Shown here: positions 36,301 to 45,461 of the stretch, one piece after another | How the letters are laid out: every line of letters begins with the position of its first letter | How positions within the stretch are numbered: the first letter of the stretch is position 1 | NCBI GenBank assembly: GCA_022605425.2 | Contig: JAKIMF020000001.1 | Coordinates: 2,046,001 to 2,110,000 of the forward strand | Origin: Hamiltosporidium tvaerminnensis FI-OER-3-3 | Taxonomy: Eukaryota; Fungi; Microsporidia | Direction: 5' to 3' | Length of the DNA stretch: 64,000 nt | The notes under the pieces: generated by a model | The model's database searches: none | What the model saw: the letters and a program-made list of their open reading frames with translations, nothing else | What the model was told of the DNA's origin: nothing | Made by a program: the position numbers and the translations under genes

Positions 36301-37163
36301 GTAAGACTGTAGATCATCTAGCAACTAGATGTGAAAAAATGCTAGGCCATGATTACACTAGACGGCATAATGAAGTGGTTAGATGCCTACACCTTCTCCT
36401 TCTAAATAGATATAAGTTTAAGTCTTCAAAACGAATAAGGAGCCACTCAGTTCAAGAAATTCTTGATAATGAGTATGCAGAGATAAGAGTGGACACCAGA
36501 ATTAAAACTGATGTTAAAATTCGGAATAACAGACCGGACATATTTATTTTAGATAAGAAGAAGAATAAGATAACACTCATTGAAGTAGGAATCACTTCCC
36601 AAGATTCACTTCAAATAGTTGAAACTGAAAAACTTAGGAAGTATGACCTGCTCTAGCCAATGAGTTGGGCCTTATTTATAAGTGTAGTGTTGAGATAATC
36701 CCTTATGTGATGACCTGGGACGGTATTGTGACAAAATACCATAAATCTCATCTTAAAAGACTAGAAATACCCATGAATGTAGAAGCATACATTCAGTCTA
36801 TAGTACTTAAAAAGACAGTCGAAACTATTTCCTTTGATCGACGAAGAGGACTTGAGTCAGGACTAAATGCCGAAGAGAGCTGGGAGAGTGCGTCAATGGG
36901 TGTTATTATGAGATCAGAGATGCATGAGGAACCAATACCCCCTTTAAAAGAAGCGAAAACAGAGGAAGATGGTGCCAAAAATTTTAAACCAAAATATAAA
37001 GCCCCCTTTATTTTACAAGGAGGAACCACTTTAGAGGAACCGACCAATAACATAAATGAAGAGTCGGATTTGGAAGAAGAGACAAAAGTGGTTAAAGAGG
37101 TAGAAGAAAACATGTAAAAATGGTAAAAAATATTTTAACCCAGAATTTTATTAAATAAAAAAA
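33345..37163 (+). mobile_element. Near-intact R4/Dong-clade non-LTR retrotransposon (RT, CCHC, restriction-like endonuclease) with 13-bp TSD
   Basis: TSD GTATTTTTAATTT at 33332-33344 and 37164-37176; ends in AATAAAAAAA; single long ORF. Confidence 0.93.
33354..37117 (+). pseudogene. Retrotransposon ORF (~1253 aa if repaired) with one 2-bp frameshift near 36651
   Basis: YRPITC, WIDVKKAYDS, GILQGDSLSP, HLLFIDDLKL, YKYLG, CQHC..DHLATRC, RHNEV, RPDI..IEV..EKLRKY; extra CT (CTGCTCTAGCC versus CTGCTAGCC in the copy at ~8700). Confidence 0.92.
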
Positions 37164-37288
37164 GTATTTTTAATTTTATATTTTATATTTAAATTGGGTT
37201 CTATTCATTCTAAAAATAAAATATTTTTATCTTTTTTTTGTTTTGTAAATGAAATGTCGTTATATTTTTTAATATTTGCCCTCTAAAA

Positions 37289-38209
37289 ATGTTTGTAAAA
37301 AATGTATTTTTAAAATTGAAAAACGACTATAAAAAACAGAAATTTCCATATTTTAGTACTTTTCTATTGGCGAGTGGTGTAGGTGTGTATTTTTTAGGAA
37401 AACCTAAAGAAGGTGAAAGTAAAAGAATAATAGATTATGTGAAAAGATCTATAAATAAAAGTAAAAGGTTTTTATGGATAGAAAGGGAAATACCAACATT
37501 ACCGAATCAAATAGAAAAAAAACCTGTAATTTTATTTGATATTGACAATTTTTTGTCAAAAACAATATTTTCGTTTTACAGTTTTGATTATATTTTGAAG
37601 AAACGGCAATTTAATGACGTTTTTCTTTTTCACCTTGCACATATGTATGAATTAGTTGCTATTTCGCAAAGTAACAAATATATAGGAGATGCATTTATAC
37701 GACAGATAGATCCATATGGATGTTTTGCTTATAAAATATTTTTAGAAGATAAAACAAAATTTTGTTTAAAGAATCTTAATCGGCCTTTGGAAAATACAGT
37801 TTTTATTTCCACTAAAAATAACGAATTTAATAAAGAATTTGAAAAAAATATTTTATATTTAAATCCATGGAATGGAAAAGAAGATAAGAAATTGTTAAGT
37901 CTTTTAGATTTTTTTACAAATTTATTTTTTGTTTCAAGTAAAGATTGGAGAAATACTTTATTTTCATATCAAAATAAAGATTTCTTCAACGAATATTCTA
38001 AAATACAAAGAAAATTATTTGATCAAAAACATTTTTTTAGACTACAAACTGATGATTTATTTCAAAATAAAATTAAACAAATAAACGATGAAAGAATTGG
38101 AGATTTTTATAAGGCAAAAATTTTTATGGATCAGAAAATTCAAATGGAAAATCAAAAAAGTGGTTTTTTATCAAAATTTAATTGGTTGGTTAAAAAAATT
38201 GTGTTTTAA
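37289..38209 (+). CDS. TIM50: Mitosomal/mitochondrial import receptor Tim50 (NIF/FCP1-like domain)
   Basis: N-terminal single TM (FSTFLLASGVGVYFL), then KKRQFNDVFLFHLAHMYELV..IDPYG..KNLNRPLEN..PWNGKEDKKLLSLLDFF..DWR; CCC upstream. Confidence 0.8.
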   Translation: MFVKNVFLKLKNDYKKQKFPYFSTFLLASGVGVYFLGKPKEGESKRIIDYVKRSINKSKRFLWIEREIPTLPNQIEKKPVILFDIDNFLSKTIFSFYSFDYILKKRQFNDVFLFHLAHMYELVAISQSNKYIGDAFIRQIDPYGCFAYKIFLEDKTKFCLKNLNRPLENTVFISTKNNEFNKEFEKNILYLNPWNGKEDKKLLSLLDFFTNLFFVSSKDWRNTLFSYQNKDFFNEYSKIQRKLFDQKHFFRLQTDDLFQNKIKQINDERIGDFYKAKIFMDQKIQMENQKSGFLSKFNWLVKKIVF

Positions 38210-38484
38210 ATCTATTAAAGAGTAAAATGCTGTTTATCTTAATGAATAATTATTCGTTATAAATATTCTTTGATTCTAAATTTTTTATTTTTTTCTATAA
38301 ATATTTTTTGAATTTTATATATTATGTTCTGTAAATATTTTTTTTTTATTTCGCACCTCTGTTTTTCTTTAATAGTTTTTTTATTCCATATATTTGTTTT
38401 CCTATGAATATTTTATTCTGATTTTAAATATTTTTTTTAAATTTTTCTAAATATTTTTATTTCTGTTTTAAGTAAAAAACCGTT

Positions 38485-39396
38485 ATGTACACTAATGAGG
38501 GATTGATAGAAGAATTTGAAAATGAGAAAAAAACATTGAATGACGTATTAAATGAATTAGAAATAGAAATTATAGAAAAGAAAGATAATATAATGATATT
38601 TGATATAAAAAATGTAGACTGTTCGATAGTTAATGGAATAAGACGTATAATTATGAGTGAAATACCAACTATAGCAGCTGAAAAGATTTTTATGAATCAA
38701 AATACTGGTGTTTTACCAGATGAGACATTGGCACAACGAATAGGATTGATTCCTCTTCATTTTGATCCTGATTTACTCGATTTCGTTGCCAACGATGTGG
38801 AGGAAAAAAATACACTAATTTTTACATTAAAAATAAAAAATAATCAAAAAGAAATCAAAACGGTTTATTCAGATGATTTGGTTTGGATTCCTAAAGGAGA
38901 ACAGAAATCAACTTTTAAAAATAATGAACCTGTTTTTCTAAAAAGAGTACCAATAACCAAATTATCCTGTGGGCAAGAACTGGATTTAGAAATATATTGT
39001 CAGAAAAACATTGGCAAAGTACATGCTAAATGGAGTCCTGTTTCGTTAGCATCTTATCGTCTCATGCCAAAAATACTTTTGTTGGACGATTTTTATGACC
39101 AAGAAGCTTTGAAATTACAGAATTGTTTTTCTAAAGGAGTAATAGGTATAGAAGAAGTAGATGGGAGATTAAAAGCTTTTGTTCAAAATCCAAGGTTAGA
39201 ATCAATGAGTAGAGAAGTATTAAGACATAAAGAATTCGACAATAGAATTTATTTGGGAAGAGTATTTCAACATTATATCTTTACAATAGAAAGTATTTAT
39301 ATTGATCCACTTAGTCTCTTAAAAAAAGCTTTGCTTATTTTTTATCAGAAATGTCAACATTTGAAAGGTGAAATCGATAAATGTTTGATAAATTAA
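38485..39396 (+). CDS. RPC40: RNA polymerase I/III subunit AC40
   Basis: NGIRRIIMSEIPTIA, NTGVLPDETLAQRIGLIP, GKVHAKWSPVSLASYRLMP, SREVLRH. Confidence 0.95.
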   Translation: MYTNEGLIEEFENEKKTLNDVLNELEIEIIEKKDNIMIFDIKNVDCSIVNGIRRIIMSEIPTIAAEKIFMNQNTGVLPDETLAQRIGLIPLHFDPDLLDFVANDVEEKNTLIFTLKIKNNQKEIKTVYSDDLVWIPKGEQKSTFKNNEPVFLKRVPITKLSCGQELDLEIYCQKNIGKVHAKWSPVSLASYRLMPKILLLDDFYDQEALKLQNCFSKGVIGIEEVDGRLKAFVQNPRLESMSREVLRHKEFDNRIYLGRVFQHYIFTIESIYIDPLSLLKKALLIFYQKCQHLKGEIDKCLIN

Positions 39397-40294
39397 ATTA
39401 TTTTTTAATTGAATTTTATTTAAAATTTTGCTATTTTAGTTTAAATTAATTTTAATATTTTATTCAAGATTAATTTCTTATCAAATATTTTTTAATTAAA
39501 TTGTTTATGCATCCGATAATATAGCAAATTAAATTAAATTATCTTAAAAATAATGAAATTAAGATATCTAATTTTACAATAAAAAACGCTTAATATAAAC
39601 ACACCTAGCTGAACTAAACAGTATTTTGTCTCTATAAAATATGTGATTATATCAACTTTTTAAATTAATTTATGTTTTAAATATAAATTTTTATGGAATG
39701 ATAATTTTATTTATTCACCGGTATATATTTATTCATATCCTTAAACTCAAAAATTTCAAGTTTTTTTTCTGTTTTATATTTTAATTAAAATTTTAATCCT
39801 TCAATGATATTTCATTTTTTTTTATTCAATAAAATTCTAGGTTAACAAAATTTCTCAGTATTAAATAGCTTTTTACATTATAACCACTTTCTATGGCATA
39901 AGTGTTATTTTATCTTAAATTTAATGTCTATTAGTAATAAAAATCAAATATATTTTGTTAAATGTACTCTAATTAGATTGAGCTTCTATCGGATTAATTT
40001 TTAATTTTCTAAAATACATCTTGCAATAAGAAATGGCAATACCATTCTAAATAATTCCATCCCATAAGAACTTATTTTAACAAAATTTACAACTCAGACG
40101 AAATCTTTCCTTTTAAACCGAATAAATATTATTTTTAAATTCAAATACATCCTTTTTCATTAATATTTACAATTGAATTTCCATATTTAGAAGTTATATT
40201 AATTATATTTCAGTTAAAATTTTCAAAAATATTTATAAAATGATTAAAAACTGTAAAATGTTTTTTATTTGAATAGAAGTAATAGAAATGAACT

Positions 40295-41332
40295 TTATTT
40301 TAAGAGAAAGTCCCCATTATCTTCTAAAAATGTGTTATAAATTATTTGATATTGTTTTTGGCCAAGTTTTCTATGTCCTGTCTTATTTTCATTTGGTATC
40401 ATAAAATTTATTAAAGATTGTGAATTTTCTGAGTTTAAGAATATTACGAATTCTTTTAAACTTGAAAATTTGTCACTTAAAGCAATACCTACAGTTATAC
40501 TTATCCCCGGTATTTTGGTTAAAATATATTTAAAAAATTCTTTTTTTTGATCGGCTTTGTGTTTTTTAACTTTTGGAATAAAAACTTTGGGTGTTTCAAG
40601 AAATTTAATCATAACTTTGAATTCTCTAAGAATATCTTCGTTGGATTCTATAAAAATAAAATTTACATGGAATTTAAGCTGAAACATAAAAGTTTTTTTT
40701 CTTAGATCTTTAACTTTGTCAAAGAAATCGTGTGTTTTGTGTTCTTCTAATGCTTTTTTATATTCCAATCGCTGATTTGTTTTTAATTTCTTAACATATT
40801 TTTCTCGTCCTAAAATAAATATAATTTTGGTGGAAAAATGTTCGTCTTTCAGATCAAAAAGCCTTTCATATTCACACACTAAAGTTGAAAATAAAATAGA
40901 ATTGTCTAAAACATTTCTCAAAACAAGAATATTGTTTTCGCTATAAAAATATCTAAAATTTTTATTTACAACCGAATCAACAATTTTTTTCAATAAATTT
41001 GGTATTTCAAATTTGTATTTGTAAAATAATGGATCTATACAACAACCTTCTGTTTTATGAAATAATATATTAGAATCTTCATTTTGTTTAATCTCGAAAT
41101 TAAAATTTTTTTCTGATTCAGAATTTTTTACTGTTTTCTTTATTTCGTTGATTTCTATTTCATCAAAAATTTTGTTCTCATCTAATAGATTGATATCGAA
41201 TTTTGAAATGTATTTTCTGTTTTCTTTTATATCTTCTTCGTTTACTTTAAATGGTGTTTCTATTAGAATTAAGGATGAATCGCTATGTGTGGTTTTTGCA
41301 ATATTTATGGTCTTTTCGTTTTTTTTATCCAT
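40295..41332 (-). CDS. Probable Mus81 partner Eme1/Mms4-like protein (inactive ERCC4 domain plus HhH2)
   Basis: C-terminal LTKIPGIS..IALSDKFSSL...RKLGQKQYQIIYNTFLEDNGD resembles the EME1 HhH2 region; no nuclease ERK motif. Confidence 0.6.
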   Translation of the reverse strand: MDKKNEKTINIAKTTHSDSSLILIETPFKVNEEDIKENRKYISKFDINLLDENKIFDEIEINEIKKTVKNSESEKNFNFEIKQNEDSNILFHKTEGCCIDPLFYKYKFEIPNLLKKIVDSVVNKNFRYFYSENNILVLRNVLDNSILFSTLVCEYERLFDLKDEHFSTKIIFILGREKYVKKLKTNQRLEYKKALEEHKTHDFFDKVKDLRKKTFMFQLKFHVNFIFIESNEDILREFKVMIKFLETPKVFIPKVKKHKADQKKEFFKYILTKIPGISITVGIALSDKFSSLKEFVIFLNSENSQSLINFMIPNENKTGHRKLGQKQYQIIYNTFLEDNGDFLLK

Positions 41333-42549
41333 AAAAACAGGTTGCTTTAGAAATATTTTTTATTATTTTGTGATAACAAAGAATTAAAAAACAGATTACT
41401 TTTAAGTGAAGTATAAATAGCTATTAAAATAAAGACATATCCAGGCATTGTAAATTTAATTTTATAATATGCTCATGAGTTATTAACGATATCTTAAATA
41501 TATTTTTTAATTATTAAATTAGGTTTTTTTGGGAATAAAAGAAACATTGAATGTAAGAGTAGCAATCCTGAAGATAAAAAATGATAATAAAACTAGATTT
41601 ACATTAATTGAGTTTGGGAAACAATATAATATAGTCAGAATTGGACTTGAAATATATTATTTAAGATGAATGGTGTCATTTTCTAATAGAATTCAATATA
41701 TAGATAAAAAAAATTAGTAAACAAATTTATATATAAAAAGCAACTTAGTAGAGATAGTTTTTAGAATAACTACATTGAGAGAATTTATACAAAAAATCGA
41801 ATTTTATTTGCCACATTTAAATGTATTTTAGGAAACAAAAGAAGAATTATTCTTTAAGTATTTTACATAAAGATGAATATTTAGGTTAGATTTTGCGAAA
41901 AATATATAATTTAAAAATTTATTACACATCAAGATAGTAATTATTTCGCTGTTTACGATTACATTTTTTGGTTAAAAATGTTAAATCAAGTATTAAAAAC
42001 GAAATGGTATTGCTCATGGTAGGAGATTGCTATAAATACTAAAATGAATACGAATCAATATTCAAATGATATCAGTAAAAATCTATAATAATAAATCTGA
42101 TTTATTTAGATAATTTTTCGCATAAGATTTAATATGAAGGATGACTCATTTTGAAGTAAAAATTGCTTCAAGATTCTTTCCGGGCTTTTGGAGGCAAAAC
42201 AAAATAAAAAAACGGTTTTGTTACCAAAAAATTTAAAATATAATACAAATTTGAACCAATTACATTCTAATGACGAATATATACTATATTGATATAAATA
42301 TTTCATAGTATAATGCAAAAACCTATGTATCAGTTTGAATGTATATAAATATAATGTCGTATTAGAACACAGCTCATAGTATTCCTTTTCACCGTTGAAT
42401 GCTATTAACGCTGGAAAAGATCTTTAAATAACTGGAAAATGAATTCTAAGAAATGAACTGTATAATTCAAAATGAAATAAATAATAAAAAAGTACACATA
42501 TGAAGAGAATGTGTTGATTCTATAAATAATCATCAATACAAGCCTGATT

Positions 42550-42790
42550 CTTCCCCACCATGCCGGGAGCAGAATTAGCTTGGAGTATTCTCTGCTTGTC
42601 GTAAGATTCAACTAAAAAGGACAGGCCCTTTTAAGTTGGGTGGTGCGTAGGGCTAAAAACCCACCTTTAAAACCAACTTGTTACGAAACCCGAAAAAGTA
42701 AACAAACCCACTAGAAGAAGACTGCTAAGCGGTATTACTGAGGGCAGACAAGGCTCGTGCAATGCTGTAGTGCCAAGGATAATAGTAATA
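42550..42790 (+). mobile_element. Bipartite RTE-derived non-autonomous element, copy C, with 12-bp TSD
   Basis: TSD ACAAGCCTGATT at 42538-42549 and 42791-42802; 3' end CAAGGCTCGTGCAATGCTGTAGTGCCAAGGATAAT matches the RTE LINE end at 23170-23205. Confidence 0.9.
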
Positions 42791-43207
42791 ACAAGCCTGA
42801 TTTCTTTATTATGAAAATAATCAAAGCGTTAATCTAAACTTAAATTAAAAATTTTAACTTTATAACTTTTCAAAAAAGATAAAGATTTGAATAAATTGCC
42901 TGTTAAAACAGTAAAACTCTCCCAAAACTAAATTTTATATCAACTTGATATTCTAAAGACTTATTTATAAAAATTTTTACGTTTATATGTAATTTAAAGA
43001 CCAAGAAAAAAATTATAAAAGATTATAAAAAAGAATTATATACGACTTCTGAATGAATGATTATACTCAATCGTTTGTTACTTCTCAATAAATATCTACG
43101 ATCTTTTGAAATTTGAAGTGTTGATTTTTTTGCGCCTTTTTAATAAAAAAATACTTTTAACCTCAAATTTTTTATTAAAAATAAAAATATTTCCTAAAAA
43201 ACAAATT

Positions 43208-44120
43208 ATGGGCAATTATCTTTCCAAGCCTGAATTATCAAACAACAATTATTTTGTTGATACTGAATACCTAACAGCAATTGGATCCTGTATTCAAGGT
43301 TATAGAAAAGGTAATTTTATTCTAATTAGAAATGGAAGACAAAATATTGTTTTTAAACATGGAAAAACATGAAAATATTGAGTTTTCAATATTTGGTATA
43401 TTTGATGGACATGGAGGTTATGAAGTAGCAGAGTATTGTAAAGAAAACTTTATAAAATTTCTGAAAAAAGAAATTTCAAATGTAACTAGAAATAATTTAC
43501 ACGTATATAATTGGGAATCTATTTTTAAAAAAACTTTTATTGAAATAGATAATAGTTTATTAAAAGAAAAATACATATATTCATTTATCGGAACCACAGC
43601 ATTGTTGCTCTTTATTAATCATAATAAACCAATGAATGAGTTTTATATAATAAATTTGGGAGATTCTACTGCATTTAAATGTAACGAAACAAGGTATACC
43701 GTCTTGAACGAACATCATAATTTAAGAAATTCAGTGGAAGCTACAAGATTAAGGAATACCAATATAAACATTTTTGGCGATAGACTTGATGGAAAATTGG
43801 ATGTTACAAGATCTTTAGGGGATTTCTATTTTAAGAAAAACGAAAATAGAAATTTAGATAGTTGCGATAAAGAACTATCACCTGTACCAGAGTGCTTAAG
43901 AATCAAATTTGCTAAAGAAGAAGTTTTATCAATAATGAGTGATGGTGTCACAGATGGTATAGATTTTCCCTCATTACATAAAATAATTATACAGTATTCA
44001 TTTGAAAAAAACCAACTAAATTTTCTTCCAAAGAGAATATTTGAAGTTTGCTTGATGGAAAATCCTGATAAACAAAGATCGGAAGATAATATGTCAATAA
44101 TAATAATAAAATTAAAATAG
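43208..44120 (+). CDS. PP2C-family protein phosphatase (Ptc2/Ptc3-like); exons 43208-43310 and 43330-44120
   Basis: MGNYLSKP (myristoylation-type N-terminus), spliced QGYRKEMED, FDGHGG, NLGDS, VTRSLGD, MSDGV and EDNMS. Confidence 0.88.
43311..43329 (+). other. Predicted 19-nt spliceosomal intron
   Basis: AAAG|GTAATTTTATTCTAATTAG|AAATG; removal joins two overlapping ORFs and restores the QGxRxxMED motif. Confidence 0.8.
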
Positions 44121-44229
44121 TATTGTATTTTTTTATAAGTCCTAAAATTTATGTATATTTACTGCTGAAAATTCTTCTTTAAAATAATTTTAAGAACTCG
44201 TGATGAATTAGTCTTTTTACTATATCAAG

Positions 44230-45015
44230 TATAGAAATGTATTCTGAGGAGAAGAAGCGAATTGATAATATTGTAACAAGCCTAAAAATGGTAGAATAAC
44301 TTGCAATTCAATTAAGTATAATGTTCAGAAATGACTACACTTTGTCTTTTTCTAGTGATAAATTCAAATCTAGAAATAACTAAGAGTCACTAGGTTCAAG
44401 AAATTCTAAAAAATGAACATGAGGGATATGAGTGGCACCAGGAAGAAACCTCTGTTACAGGTTCGGAAAATTTTAACCGAAATATTTTTGTTAGATAAAA
44501 GTAAAAGGAAGATTACTCTCATTAAATTAGCAATTAATTACTAGGATTCACCTTAAATAGTTGACACCAAAAAACTTGGGAAGCAGGAATTATTAGAAAA
44601 TGAACTAAGGCCTATATATAAGTTGGATGTTGAGATAATGAACTATGTATTAACCTAGAACGATATTATGACGCGTTAACTTCCAAAAAATCTTAAAGAT
44701 TTTCAATAAACATGAACATAGAGGCTAAATTCAGTCGAAAGTGCATAAGAAGACAGTCGAAATAATTTCCTTTGTTTGATAACAAGAACTTTAGTCAGAA
44801 TAAAATACAAAAGAGGGTTGAGAAAGAGTTCATTGGATTTTGATTAATGAGTTTAATTTATTGAGAACCAACACTTTTTTTAAAAAAAAAAGTAAAGAGG
44901 AAGATGGTGTTAGAGAAGTGTATTTGAAAAAAACCACAACTCGTATTTTCGATGAAGAATTCACACCAGGTAAACCGATAACAAATAAAAAAAAATAGTC
45001 TGATTTGAAGATAAA
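44230..45015 (+). mobile_element. Decayed R4/Dong-like 3' fragment
   Basis: Colinear similarity to ~36245-37080 (AGAAATGTATTCTG, GTTCAAGAAATTCT, ACAGTCGAAA.AATTTCCTTTG, GAGGAAGATGGTG). Confidence 0.75.
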
Positions 45016-45461
45016 TTTATTATTTACAAATAATTAGAGCTGATAATCGGATAATTTCATACCAATCTAAACTTAATATTTAATTCTTTACCAATCTGCA
45101 ACTAGATATTAAAAGAAAACCCTAATTAAAAAATAAAGATATTGAGTTAATATTAAGTCAGGAAGGAAGTCACGATATCAAAAAAACCAAATTTTAAACT
45201 AAAATAAAGGGTTATCGGGTAAAAATTTGAGGGACAAATAAAAAATATTTTAAATCAATTCTACACTGTTAATATCTATATTGTTATCAATTATATCATG
45301 ATTATTATCAAGAAAATAAATTCAACTTAAGAAAATTCATTCATCATCATTTTATCTATTTTCTTTTATCAACATATCAAAAACTAAATTTATTAAAAGA
45401 TATTTTGATATTCCTTTTTTAGAAATTTTGAATAGATATATATTTAAAAAATAGATAGAGC

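Noticed and set aside
36640-36670. Programmed frameshift in the retrotransposon
   Set aside because: Copies at ~8700 and ~50840 lack the extra CT, so it is a copy-specific mutation or sequencing error
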